The notes: a model not told the origin generated them from the letters alone. A stretch of 64,000 nt of DNA from an uncultured Candidatus Saccharibacteria bacterium (GCA_964448075.1 CAYUUR010000001.1:247371-311370), one strand, 5' to 3'. Positions 41,277 to 50,863 are shown, counted from the stretch's first letter. Numbers and translations are program-made.

Positions 41277-42547
41277 GCTCTATCGATGTACTCCTGACAT
41301 AAACGCTCAAACACTGCGTTGGTCCAGCCAAAGCCTGTTTGCGAAGGATACACCCCCTTAACCGGCGGTTTTTCTGGCGAGACAACGTTATACTTTTCTA
41401 GGAAAACGCCATGCGCATTGAACCAATCAAGGTTAGTCCTGAGCCACTTTTGGGCTATACGCTCCGCGTCTTCATAGTAGCCGTAGCGACGCAGGCCTTC
41501 AATCACAATTAAATGCAGTGGCGCCCAGCCGTTTGGGTAAGCCCATTGTGTCGGCATGCTACCTGGTAGTGTTCCAGGCAAACGTTGATTGAACTGCTGG
41601 TCGGTGGTGGTGAGTCCGCCTTTTTGCTCAAACCGCTTCAGCGCCTTTACTAACTGCGCGGCCTGCCATTCATCAACCATCCCCGCCCACATTGGATAAA
41701 AGCCAGCAAGAGATGTAACGTTACCGCGCCGTTGCTTGGTGTAGTTATAATCGTAAAAGAAATTGCGCGAAGAGCTCCACATCAGTTCATTCATAGTTTT
41801 CTTGCGCTTAGCTGCCTTACGGTGCCATTCGCGGGCACCCAGCTCGTCATCCAAGATTGCTGCCGCACGAGCAAAATCTGTTTCATACTTGTATAGTAAT
41901 GCATTCAAATCGACTGGCAAATAATGCATAGCTTTGCGACTAAAGCGCGGTGTCATATCCCAGCCGCTCTCTGCCTCTGCTAGATCATGCAAATAATTGA
42001 TGTCGTAATAACGGCTCAACCCCTCGTAAACTTTCCGTTCATTCGGTTTAGCCGTCCCCATCCAAACAAGCTCATACTCTTTTTGAGCCACAGCGATCTT
42101 CTGGGCAAGCCATTTCTTATCCATTTTGTATGCTTCATATATTTCAAAGATAAAGCTCGACAAAAAAGGCGGTTGCGAGCGACCCATCAGATATGTACGT
42201 GAAGCGTTGGGGATAATTTTGAAGCGCTCTTGCATGCTGACCAAATTGTCCAAAATGCCGACAACCAACTTCCTGTGCTTTTTGTCATACATACCCTGAA
42301 CCATAAAGTAGCTATCCCAGTAATACATCTCATTAAAGTCAAAACTGTGACCTTCTTCGTATGCGGGTACGAGGTACTTGTGTGGCAGACCAATTAACGT
42401 TTGATCGTCTTTAGGATGATAGCGCTCCAGATGACGCCAGTACTTTGCAATATACTGACGTGCATCAGCAACATCATCTTTTCGCAAGTAATGACCGCTC
42501 GAACCGAAGATGATTTTACTGGTTATCTGTTTTGCACGATGTAACAT
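41273..42547 (-). CDS. Trehalase (glycoside hydrolase family 37), apparently cytoplasmic
   Basis: 424 aa with the GH37 signatures MYYWDSYF, GRSQPPFLS, AESGWDMTPRF and GFGWTNAVF. No signal peptide is seen. Confidence 0.85.
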   Translation of the reverse strand: MLHRAKQITSKIIFGSSGHYLRKDDVADARQYIAKYWRHLERYHPKDDQTLIGLPHKYLVPAYEEGHSFDFNEMYYWDSYFMVQGMYDKKHRKLVVGILDNLVSMQERFKIIPNASRTYLMGRSQPPFLSSFIFEIYEAYKMDKKWLAQKIAVAQKEYELVWMGTAKPNERKVYEGLSRYYDINYLHDLAEAESGWDMTPRFSRKAMHYLPVDLNALLYKYETDFARAAAILDDELGAREWHRKAAKRKKTMNELMWSSSRNFFYDYNYTKQRRGNVTSLAGFYPMWAGMVDEWQAAQLVKALKRFEQKGGLTTTDQQFNQRLPGTLPGSMPTQWAYPNGWAPLHLIVIEGLRRYGYYEDAERIAQKWLRTNLDWFNAHGVFLEKYNVVSPEKPPVKGVYPSQTGFGWTNAVFERLCQEYIDRA

Positions 42548-42618
42548 GGTACTCCCAGCCTATGCCAGCTCAGTGGTCGCGTCAAGGTCAGAATACATAA
42601 GCAACTTGGTCGCTCTTA

Positions 42619-43833
42619 CTAATTAACAAACGTCAGAGCGTAGCCAACTCGGCCAGCACGGCCAGCACGGCCGATACGGTGAACGTAATCGTCATATGAC
42701 TTTGGCGTTGTGTAGTTGATAACGTGTGTGATGTCAGCCACATCAATACCGCGCGCAGCGACATCGGTTGCAACCAGAATCTTTACTTCGTTCTGCTTGA
42801 ATCGCTTCAATGCACGCTGTCTTTGGCTCTGATTCTTTCCACCATGAATAGCGTCAGCTCGAAAACCACGCGCAATGAGCTCATTACTAAGTTTCTCTAC
42901 ATCACGTTGTCGCTCATCAAATACTATGACTTTGTCGACTTCAGTTTTGTTCAGTATCTCGTGAAGCCGTTCGATCTTCTCATTTGGTGAGCGATACCGA
43001 ACAACGTCTTGGTGAACGTTTTCACTGGTAGCACCAGATTTGATTGAGACAGTAACTGGGTCATTTGCAAATGTCTCAATAAGCGGACGGACATTACCTT
43101 CGAGTGTCGCCGAGAAAAAAAATGACTGACGCACTGGCGCGAGAGAATCAAGAATAAAACGTACGTCGTTGATGAAACCCATATCCAGCATGCGGTCAAC
43201 TTCGTCTAGAACAACCATGGTAAATTCTTGCAGACGTAGGCTGCCGCGTTCGATATGATCTTTGATGCGTCCAGGTGTACCGATAACAATGCTCGGCTTG
43301 TTGCGCAAGTCACGCAGCTGTGGCGGCATTGGTGAACCACCAATCAAAAGCGCGCCAGTGATACCACTACCGCGTGCAATACTGCGGCATTCTTGTTCGA
43401 TCTGCTGAGCAAGTTCACGCGTAGGTGCAATTACTAAAGCCTTCTGGCCAATACCATTCATAATCTTATGTAAGATTGGCACTGCAAAAGCTGCTGTTTT
43501 ACCCGTTCCTGTGTTGGCAATACCAATAATATCGCGACCTTCTAGGCCGAGTGGGATTGTCTGGTCTTGAATAGGTGAAGGGTCAACGTAGCCTTTCGCA
43601 GCCAGGTTATCCTTGATGCGTTGGTCAGCCTGAAAGTCCGCGAAACTGTGCGTTGATTCATAAACAGTTTCTTCAACTGGGCGAGCTGCTTTTACAAAGC
43701 GCGTTGGGTCAATATACTGTTTGTTTGGTCCGCGATTACTACGTCCGCCAGAACGTCCACCGCTGCTGCGGCCGGGACTAGCGTGATAGGCGCGTTGCCG
43801 CGTCGAATGTGATTTGTAAGAATATGAAGCCAT
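42619..43833 (-). CDS. DEAD-box ATP-dependent RNA helicase
   Basis: 404 aa with a Q motif, ANTGTGKTAAF, PTRELA, VLDEVDRML (DEVD), SAT and HRIGRAGRAGR. The N-terminus is Gly/Arg/Ser-rich. Confidence 0.9.
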   Translation of the reverse strand: MASYSYKSHSTRQRAYHASPGRSSGGRSGGRSNRGPNKQYIDPTRFVKAARPVEETVYESTHSFADFQADQRIKDNLAAKGYVDPSPIQDQTIPLGLEGRDIIGIANTGTGKTAAFAVPILHKIMNGIGQKALVIAPTRELAQQIEQECRSIARGSGITGALLIGGSPMPPQLRDLRNKPSIVIGTPGRIKDHIERGSLRLQEFTMVVLDEVDRMLDMGFINDVRFILDSLAPVRQSFFFSATLEGNVRPLIETFANDPVTVSIKSGATSENVHQDVVRYRSPNEKIERLHEILNKTEVDKVIVFDERQRDVEKLSNELIARGFRADAIHGGKNQSQRQRALKRFKQNEVKILVATDVAARGIDVADITHVINYTTPKSYDDYVHRIGRAGRAGRVGYALTFVN

Positions 43834-43978
43834 AAAAAAAGAATCCTTTGTCTTGTTAGTTAGTACTTACTCGTGGCGACTGTCGCTAATGAAATCGAGT
43901 AATATACTTCTCTAAAAGACCCGGATTCATCAATAACAATATGTTGATTCTACTACAACAAAGGCTGATTGTCAACGC

Positions 43979-44239
43979 TTATGTCAGCTTAGAGACTATG
44001 ATCCAGATGAGTACGGCAAGCCCAAGCGCCCGTCTAAAGACGTTCACACCAGAGAACAACTCAAGCCATCCCCACGTAAATAACGCGCCGAAAGCAATCA
44101 AAGCAGCAATAAAGTTAAGCTGACCATACGGCAATATCTTTGCCAGTATGCTCGCAAGCAGCCCTACAACAAGAGGCAAGTTTGGTGTCTGAAACAACAC
44201 AAAATTTTGCTTAGGCTGAGTGGGTGGCTTGGTCTCCAT
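43979..44239 (-). CDS. Small membrane protein
   Basis: 86 aa with three hydrophobic helices. No family recognised. Confidence 0.4.
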   Translation of the reverse strand: METKPPTQPKQNFVLFQTPNLPLVVGLLASILAKILPYGQLNFIAALIAFGALFTWGWLELFSGVNVFRRALGLAVLIWIIVSKLT

Positions 44240-44253
44240 GTGGGCAGTATACG

Positions 44254-44784
44254 CTATTCAGTCGGTGTCAGCATGCCCGGTTCGTATGGAATTGCACCAG
44301 CGTATTCGACGTAGGGACTGAGCATTTGTGCACTTCTGATTTGCTTCATGATTTCACTATGTCCTACAAAAATAATTGACCGTTGATAGTCAGGCGTTGT
44401 GCCGAGTTTACTGCATGCCTCAAGCGTAATTCGCCCTAGCTCTTTATCAATACCAGCTTCTGCATAGCGTTCTGGTCGCATGCTAAGACGAAAGTAGTCT
44501 TCACTTACAAATACCGGTAGTTCATTGCCGGCAATAATACGTGCCGTTTCTTGAGCGCGTAGTCGTGCACTTGCGATTACGATTGAAGGCACGCTCAAGC
44601 CTTGGCGTCGCAAGGCAGACGCCCGTAGCCAGGCGCTATCTTCACCAAAGTTTGTCAGATGATCGCCACGCATGTCATCTGACTCAGCGTGTCGAACAAG
44701 CCATATATTCTTGCCTTTTAAGGCACTTATTTCAGCCGAAATGGGTTCGGAGGAATTCTTTGGTGAGCGATGCCAAAATGCCAT
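44254..44784 (-). CDS. Histidine phosphatase family protein
   Basis: It has the RHG-type motif IWLVRHAESD and a later GHSE. The start was moved to the internal ATG (MAFWHR...), so the start is uncertain. Confidence 0.65.
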   Translation of the reverse strand: MAFWHRSPKNSSEPISAEISALKGKNIWLVRHAESDDMRGDHLTNFGEDSAWLRASALRRQGLSVPSIVIASARLRAQETARIIAGNELPVFVSEDYFRLSMRPERYAEAGIDKELGRITLEACSKLGTTPDYQRSIIFVGHSEIMKQIRSAQMLSPYVEYAGAIPYEPGMLTPTE

Positions 44785-44860
44785 AATGAAGTATATTATA
44801 CACTCTAAACGATTATTAAGCAATATCCCCTTGTGCTATACTTTGTTCGTGACAAAGAAA

Positions 44861-45325
44861 ATGATAGTCATAAGCTTTCTGCTCATAATCATCGTATTTG
44901 CATTTGCTTATCTGCTGGTATTTAAAGAGGACGTCGCTGCACCCACAACCGACAGCGTTGCCACAAAAGAAACCAAAATCACAGAGCGGACGAGCTCTCA
45001 AGCGTCTTCTAATAGCCCAGATGGAGCCTACGTTACCTACAGCAGTTCGGTTATCGCCAATACCGATGGCACAAAAGTACTGTTCTTTCATGCGCCGTGG
45101 TGCCCACAGTGTAGGGCTATCGAGGCAGATATCATCCCAGAGAACATCCCAGCCAATACAACAATTATTAAAGTTGACTACGACAGCAACCAAACACTCC
45201 GCCAGAAGTATGGCGTCACATTACAAACGACCTTTGTACGTGTTGATGACGATGGCAACCTTGTAGCCAAATACGTGGCCTATGACGAACCGACTTTTGC
45301 ATCAGTAAAAGAAAACATCCTCTAA
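44861..45325 (+). CDS. Membrane-anchored thioredoxin-like protein (CPQC)
   Basis: The track ORF starts at 44672 inside the divergent gene; I prefer MIVISFLLIIIVFAFAYLLVF at 44861. The thioredoxin active site is FHAPWCPQC. Its stop overlaps the ccdA ATG (TAATG). Confidence 0.75.
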   Translation: MIVISFLLIIIVFAFAYLLVFKEDVAAPTTDSVATKETKITERTSSQASSNSPDGAYVTYSSSVIANTDGTKVLFFHAPWCPQCRAIEADIIPENIPANTTIIKVDYDSNQTLRQKYGVTLQTTFVRVDDDGNLVAKYVAYDEPTFASVKENIL

Positions 45326-46053
45326 TGACACTGTTGCTTGTTGCTTTTCTTGCTGGCGTGCTGACGGTTGCGGCTCCTTGTATTTTGCCGCTTCTACCAG
45401 TTGTAGTGGGCGGAGGGATTGTAAGCGGTGGCAAAAAAGCCGAGTGGTATCGCCCGTTTATCATTGCTGCCAGCCTGGCTGCATCGGTTATCGTCTTTAC
45501 ACTCCTGCTCAAAGCGACGACGAGCCTCCTTGACGTGCCACAAATGATCTGGCAGTTTTTGTCAGCCTTCATAATTATCTTGCTTGGGCTCAATTTTTTG
45601 TTCCCCGAATTTTGGGACAAAATATCACTCAAAACAGGCCTACATATTGGATCGAACAAGCTCCTTGGTCGCAGCAGCCAAAAGCAAGGGATATCTGGCG
45701 ATATCTTAATGGGTGCGGCGCTTGGCCCTGTGTTTAGTAGTTGCAGTCCAACGTATGCGCTTATCGTCGCCACGGTATTGCCAGCTTCTTTTGCAAAGGG
45801 CTTTACCTACTTGCTTGCATATGCAATTGGCTTGGCGGCTGCACTGCTGTTAATCGCTTTTGCTGGGCAGGGCCTGGTACGCCGGCTTGGCTGGCTGGCC
45901 AACCCGCATGGCACCTTCCGCAAAGTAATCGGCGTGCTGTTTATCCTCGTCGGCCTACTGGTACTCTTTGGCATCGACAAAGACATCCAAACCTTCGTCC
46001 TCGAACAAGGCTGGTACGACCCAATCTCCAGTCTCGAGCAATCACTAAAATAA
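45325..46053 (+). CDS. ccdA: CcdA/DsbD-family transmembrane thiol-disulfide electron transporter
   Basis: 242 aa with 6 predicted TM segments. The conserved Cys residues sit in LTVAAPCILPLLP and GPVFSSCSPTY. Confidence 0.85.
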   Translation: MTLLLVAFLAGVLTVAAPCILPLLPVVVGGGIVSGGKKAEWYRPFIIAASLAASVIVFTLLLKATTSLLDVPQMIWQFLSAFIIILLGLNFLFPEFWDKISLKTGLHIGSNKLLGRSSQKQGISGDILMGAALGPVFSSCSPTYALIVATVLPASFAKGFTYLLAYAIGLAAALLLIAFAGQGLVRRLGWLANPHGTFRKVIGVLFILVGLLVLFGIDKDIQTFVLEQGWYDPISSLEQSLK

Positions 46054-46106
46054 ATCTCCAGAAAGTACGCATTGTATATTTAAAAGAAACACAAAGCGGC
46101 GGAACT

Positions 46107-46137
46107 AAAAAAACTCGAACTGAGTTCAAGTTTTTTT
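46107..46137. terminator. Bidirectional intrinsic terminator (A7-hairpin-T7) shared by ccdA and ssrA
   Basis: The sequence is AAAAAAACTCGAACTGAGTTCAAGTTTTTTT. The stem is CTCGAAC/GTTCAAG with one wobble. It abuts the tmRNA 3' CCA end. Confidence 0.6.
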
Positions 46138-46517
46138 GGTGGAGCTGCCGGAGAACCGCCCTCCGGGTCCGCAAGTTTATCTTTGTTAGTCGTCTACAGG
46201 CATAGTCTGTTTAGTGTCTTAGGCGCATGTCTGAAAGCAGACAAAATAACACACGCAGCAGCTCGTAAATCTTAAGAACAATTACGAGTCATCACTGTTC
46301 AGCAACCCTGGAAAATAGCGCATCGTATAGCTACCAAGGTATCGCTATAGATACGGCTGTCTAACTAATTAGGCAGCGAGTGCTAGACGATTGCCGAGAA
46401 CTCGGTCAACCGCGTCGCTAATAGAAGTTTTTGCATCTATTGTGATTGTCTATACGCTGACAAGCGACCTGCTGATCTAACTGATAAAGTCCTACGTCGA
46501 GCTTAAAATTCAGCCCC
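46137..46517 (-). ncRNA. ssrA: tmRNA (SsrA)
   Basis: On the minus strand the 5' end is GGGGCTGAATTTTAAGCTCGACGTAGG and the 3' end is GCGGACCCGGAGGGCGGTTCTCCGGCAGCTCCACCA. The acceptor stem GGGGCUG/CAGCUCC and a terminal CCA are present. An internal tag frame (46434-46369) follows AAUAGAU. It reads GCA AAA ACT ... CTA GCA CTC GCT GCC TAA, giving AKTSISDAVDRVLGNRLALAA*. Confidence 0.9.
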
Positions 46518-46643
46518 TCGTTGTTTCCACAAAAGTGGTAAGCATATTATACCATAAGCAAAGCGATTTTCTAACAAATAGTCCGCCTGCATAAGCCCCC
46601 TTCTTTTGAAACTAATCTATCTTTGTGGTATAAGATAGTTACT

Positions 46644-47201
46644 ATGGCCGAGCAGTATCCTAATCAAAACGTAGCCCATCCTAACTTTGCTGACCGCGAA
46701 GACAAGTACCAGTTTGAGGCAGCTGAAGGTCAACTGGCAGAGGTCAAACAATTCCCTACATGGCGAAGATTCGACAATACTGCAGATCACGCACGCCTCT
46801 TTGGGTTTGAGCCTTTCCAAGACGCCTTTAAAACCTGGGAAAGTATTGCTCGTTCCAGTAGGATAAACAGCTTGTATTTTGCATATTTTGATCAACGTTC
46901 TCGCGCCCGCATAGAACCCGATGAACAAACACGGGCTTTTGCTATCGCTCATGCTCCTGGCATACTCGTGCCCGTCCGTTCTAATCTTGGGCGTAACCCG
47001 GATATTATTCTCGGTAAACTTAACGAAACAGCAAGCTATGTGAGTTTGTTATTGGGCAGCACTGTTACTATTGGACGCTGTGCAGAGGGCGAACTCGTCC
47101 CCGTTAATGGCTTCGATATAACGCATGCTAAGATTGCCGTCCAGGCGCAACTTGAGCTCCGCGCGGCGGGGTTTGATATCGTGCAGCCTTCTACACACTA
47201 G
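46644..47201 (+). CDS. Hypothetical protein
   Basis: The track ORF starts at a TTG at 46623; I prefer the ATG at 46644 (MAEQYPNQ...). An extended -10 TGGTATAAG (46626-34) lies 9 nt upstream, suggesting a leaderless mRNA. No family recognised. Confidence 0.45.
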   Translation: MAEQYPNQNVAHPNFADREDKYQFEAAEGQLAEVKQFPTWRRFDNTADHARLFGFEPFQDAFKTWESIARSSRINSLYFAYFDQRSRARIEPDEQTRAFAIAHAPGILVPVRSNLGRNPDIILGKLNETASYVSLLLGSTVTIGRCAEGELVPVNGFDITHAKIAVQAQLELRAAGFDIVQPSTH

Positions 47202-48490
47202 AGATTTTCGTGCAATTGATGTTTGGCGGGTTTATATAGAATCCAGAACAATACTCCAGCACTCACCATGACACTTGCGCCGATAATGACGGGCATACTC
47301 ACTCCAATTGTGGCCAGGTAACCGCTAATAATTGCGGGTATGGCTTGGGCCAATGCTTGCACTGATGCATTTATGCCAAGCACCTCGCCTTGTATTTCGT
47401 CGCCGACTGACTTACTAACTAACGCTGTGTTATTGGCTATTGTCAGGCCGTTGAATATTGCAAACAGCGGGGTGAAGAGTAAGAGTTCTTTCGTCGTATC
47501 CGCAAAAAGCATCGTCAAAAGCGCTATACCAGTCATGGCCATACTGATACGAACTACTTGGTAGTTTTTGAATCGCTTTGCCGCCCATGGCGTAACGGTA
47601 ACCTGCGCAATCGCTATCCAGATACCAATATATGCAAAGTAATCACCGACGTTATTCTGCGTGAAGCCGAGCTTGTTAATCAGGAAGACCTGGAAGAACG
47701 TGGTGAAGAACGTGAATCCGGCAAAGTAGAGGAAGACGGATGGGAAAATAACGCGTAGCCCGGGATACGTAGCTGCCTTGACGATATTATGAACCGATTG
47801 GTTTAATTTGAGCTTTAAATGTTTTTGGATGTTTTTATTAGTTTCAGGCAAGAGTGCGAGAATGAGAATGACATTAATTGTACTTAAAATCGCCGTAAAC
47901 CAGAATGGAGTCGCCGCATTAAACCATGATGGAGTCGTAAATAACCCAAAAAATTCTATACCAGGACTCGCCAGCTTTGCGCCGATGTAAGGACCTAGCA
48001 CAAACCCCATACCAAATGTTGCACCAATCATACCGAAGCGTTTGGTACGATCTTTGAGTGGTGTAATATCGGCAACTACTGCCTGCGCAACGCTGATGTT
48101 ACCACCGGTAATTCCGTCCAAGGCACGCGAGGCAAACAATAGCGGGATGTTCTTGGTGAGAATACCGATTGCAAAAAGTGCGTAGCCAACGGCCGTTCCG
48201 GTCAAGCTGATAGCTAGTACCTTTTTGCGACCAAATCTATCAGATAACTGACCTAAGATTGGCGTAGCGAAGAATTGCATCAGCGGATAAATAGCGGTGA
48301 GCCACCCAAGCAGAATCAGGCCTTGATTATAGCTCCAGCCCGCTGGCAATAGATACTCTGTCGAGCGTGGATCAGCTAGGAGAAGCGGTATGACAGGTAT
48401 AAGAATTCCTATGCCCAGCACATCGAGGAAGATAGTGAAGAATACGGCTGGTAAAGCTCGGTTTGTTTTGGGTTTCTGTCGCGATTTCAA
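47198..48490 (-). CDS. MFS transporter (drug/H+ antiporter-like)
   Basis: 430 aa with about 12 TM segments and MFS motif A (GQLSDRFGRKKVL). Confidence 0.85.
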   Translation of the reverse strand: MKSRQKPKTNRALPAVFFTIFLDVLGIGILIPVIPLLLADPRSTEYLLPAGWSYNQGLILLGWLTAIYPLMQFFATPILGQLSDRFGRKKVLAISLTGTAVGYALFAIGILTKNIPLLFASRALDGITGGNISVAQAVVADITPLKDRTKRFGMIGATFGMGFVLGPYIGAKLASPGIEFFGLFTTPSWFNAATPFWFTAILSTINVILILALLPETNKNIQKHLKLKLNQSVHNIVKAATYPGLRVIFPSVFLYFAGFTFFTTFFQVFLINKLGFTQNNVGDYFAYIGIWIAIAQVTVTPWAAKRFKNYQVVRISMAMTGIALLTMLFADTTKELLLFTPLFAIFNGLTIANNTALVSKSVGDEIQGEVLGINASVQALAQAIPAIISGYLATIGVSMPVIIGASVMVSAGVLFWILYKPAKHQLHENL

Positions 48491-48507
48491 TTAAGACCTT
48501 TCTATAC

Positions 48508-48954
48508 TTAATGACAGGTACTGCTGCTATCGTTGCATGTAATGTTGTGCATTTTTTGTAAGGTTGCTTGTAGTGCTTGCTGTTCGCTTTGGGTGAGTTG
48601 ATCAAACATCGGTTGGTAGTGTCCGTTCAGGACCGTCATAGCCTGACTTGAATACCGTTCGCCTTTTGGTGTCAGAGTTGTGATGTGTTCACGCTTGTTT
48701 TCTGGCCGAACAGTTGTAGTTAACAACCCTTGCTCATGCATAAGCTTTACTTGGCGACTAACACTGGCCTCTGTTTGACCCAGCATTGCAGCGATCTGCT
48801 TTTGTCGTAAATAGGGAGTTGCCTCTACTACTCGCAGTATCTTGAACTGTGAGAAGCCGATACCAAGCACGTCTTGCAGCAGCTGATCCGATTGACGCAT
48901 CAGCGAAAACGCAAGGTGATGAAGCAAAAACCCAATGTTATCTGAAGGATGCAT
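48508..48954 (-). CDS. MarR family transcriptional regulator
   Basis: 148 aa. The winged-helix core is LRQKQIAAMLGQTEASVSRQVKLMHEQGLLTTTVRPENKREHITTLTPKG. It lies directly upstream of the MFS gene. Confidence 0.85.
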   Translation of the reverse strand: MHPSDNIGFLLHHLAFSLMRQSDQLLQDVLGIGFSQFKILRVVEATPYLRQKQIAAMLGQTEASVSRQVKLMHEQGLLTTTVRPENKREHITTLTPKGERYSSQAMTVLNGHYQPMFDQLTQSEQQALQATLQKMHNITCNDSSSTCH

Positions 48955-49005
48955 GCGTGTCCTTTCAAAGACATAATATCGCAGGCAAACTTAACACGTC
49001 AAGTA

Positions 49006-49809
49006 TTAATTGAGGGTGGATCCGCCACTACTCACTACCGCCACATAGAGACGATGCCAATCCGCAAGTGACAACTCTTGCGGGCGAGTACGAGGATCGA
49101 TTTTGGCTTGATCAAGGAGGTCGCTAATCGCTGCCTTCGGCATACGCAGCCCTGCTGAAAGGCTATTGTGCAGAGTCTTACGTCGCGCACTAAAGCCGGC
49201 CTTCACGAGGCGGAAGAATGCAGCCGTGTCGACCTCAGGAAACAGAGGTTCCGCTCGTCGAACCAACTGGATTATCTGAGAATCGACTTTTGGTGGAGGC
49301 GTAAACAACCTTGCTGGCACGACCTCTTGTAATGTAGCTGCAAAATACCACTGAACGCTCACACTGAGAAGTGACATATCACCTGGTTGTGCCGCTACCC
49401 TTTCCGCAACCTCTTTTTGAACCAACAACGCAACAGCCGCCGGTGGATTTGAAGATTCACTCAGTACGCGCAGTAATTTGCTGGTGAGATAATATGGAAT
49501 GTTCGCCACCACCTTGTAGTTGGCCGGCAGCGAAGTAAGATCAAACTTCAATATATCACAATAGGTGACGGTTAAGTTCTCTGCCTTGACGCGCTTCGGC
49601 AGGCCCCGTGCAAGCTTCTCATCAAACTCAACTGCCACTACCTTTTCAGCCTGTTCAACAAGCAGTTTAGTCAGGGTGCCCAACCCTGGTCCAATCTCAA
49701 GCACAGTGTCTTCTGACTTCACGTTAGCGGCATTGCACATAGCCTGCAGCGCAAATTCATCTGTGAGCCAGTGTTGTCCGAGTGACTTATTAGTTGCGGG
49801 TAAATCCAT
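49006..49809 (-). CDS. rsmA: 16S rRNA (adenine1518/1519-N6)-dimethyltransferase RsmA/KsgA
   Basis: 267 aa with LGQHWLTDE, the SAM motif VLEIGPGLGTLT and ANIPYYLTS. Confidence 0.9.
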   Translation of the reverse strand: MDLPATNKSLGQHWLTDEFALQAMCNAANVKSEDTVLEIGPGLGTLTKLLVEQAEKVVAVEFDEKLARGLPKRVKAENLTVTYCDILKFDLTSLPANYKVVANIPYYLTSKLLRVLSESSNPPAAVALLVQKEVAERVAAQPGDMSLLSVSVQWYFAATLQEVVPARLFTPPPKVDSQIIQLVRRAEPLFPEVDTAAFFRLVKAGFSARRKTLHNSLSAGLRMPKAAISDLLDQAKIDPRTRPQELSLADWHRLYVAVVSSGGSTLN

Positions 49810-49830
49810 ACTGTTAGTGTACGCTATCAG

Positions 49831-50385
49831 CTAGGCTGCGTCGTCATGTTGCGGGGGCAAGCCGCGAGCGATTTGATCAACCACACAACCATTAGTGTTA
49901 GCAGGCTGCAATATTACTGGCTTATTCTTAACTGTCCGCCGCGCCAGAGAAACACCCAGGATACCAATAGCTATGAATATTGACGAACCAAGTGCCGCGA
50001 GACCAGCCTCATGCACATCAGCTTGTTTTTCATCCTGTACTGCTTCTAGTGCAAACTGCGCTTCCGCCTGCATTTCGGCCAGTGGTGCAAGTTCTTGGGC
50101 TTCAATAGTCTGCTGTGTCAGCACACCATCAGTGTTAACAAAGACATGTGTTACCTCTTTTTCATCATCTGCATATTCTGCTCGTAGATTTTCAAGATCA
50201 CATGTCGTCGAGACATCAGCTGAAGAGCCCTCAGCAGGGGCCTGCGCCAAACACTCCACTGCATTCTCAGCAGGAGCAAGCGTATTGTTATCATAGTTCC
50301 ATTCGCCCAGCATTTGACCGACTTGATACACGCCAAAAGGCGCTAACGCTGCACCAGCAAACAATATCTTTTGTGACGTTTCCAT
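49831..50385 (-). CDS. Hypothetical acidic membrane protein
   Basis: 184 aa with an N-terminal hydrophobic segment and a C-proximal TM (SIFIAIGILGVSLA). No family recognised. Confidence 0.45.
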   Translation of the reverse strand: METSQKILFAGAALAPFGVYQVGQMLGEWNYDNNTLAPAENAVECLAQAPAEGSSADVSTTCDLENLRAEYADDEKEVTHVFVNTDGVLTQQTIEAQELAPLAEMQAEAQFALEAVQDEKQADVHEAGLAALGSSIFIAIGILGVSLARRTVKNKPVILQPANTNGCVVDQIARGLPPQHDDAA

Positions 50386-50440
50386 ACTAACTCCTACAAA
50401 CCACCCTTAATAAGCTAAACGCAGTGTACGCCCTCGATGT

Positions 50441-50863
50441 TTAGACGTCTAGTAGATTCAGACCAACTTCTGCAACCCTGCGCCGCACAAGACTTGCAGA
50501 TACAGTATTAATTCTAAGTTCACAGGTGCCACCAACCGCAAGATCTTTAACATGACCACCGACACCGCTCATATCAGATCTACTAAAGCTACCGTGTAAA
50601 TGTATGGCCGGCACCCCTGCATCATCTATGGCAATATTGCCCTGCAGACTGGTTATTTCCATGACTTCATCAAACCTTTTCCAATGATATTCTTGTTTTT
50701 CTAGATCATAGAAACCCAGTTCTGCCCAAGCTGCCCCACCTAAACCGTCCACCCAAGCTGCGGTGATTTGTTCATGATCAATCAGATCATTCAGCTGCTC
50801 CATCAAAAGCTCGCCTTTTTTTAATCGAACAATGTACTGCGTATCATCTTTGAGGTATTTCAT
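50441..50863 (-). CDS. PPC/DUF296 domain protein
   Basis: I prefer the ATG at 50863 (MKYLKDD...). IVRLKKGE, ITSLQGNI and HLHGSFSRSDMSGVGGHV resemble the DUF296 (PPC) fold. A -10 TACAAT (50875-70) lies 6 nt before the ATG. Confidence 0.65.
   Translation of the reverse strand: MKYLKDDTQYIVRLKKGELLMEQLNDLIDHEQITAAWVDGLGGAAWAELGFYDLEKQEYHWKRFDEVMEITSLQGNIAIDDAGVPAIHLHGSFSRSDMSGVGGHVKDLAVGGTCELRINTVSASLVRRRVAEVGLNLLDV

Noticed and set aside
46054-46643. Genomic island or prophage integrated at the tmRNA gene
   Set aside because: No integrase gene, no direct repeat of the ssrA 3' end and no phage-like genes were seen on either side. The neighbours are ccdA and a single hypothetical gene.
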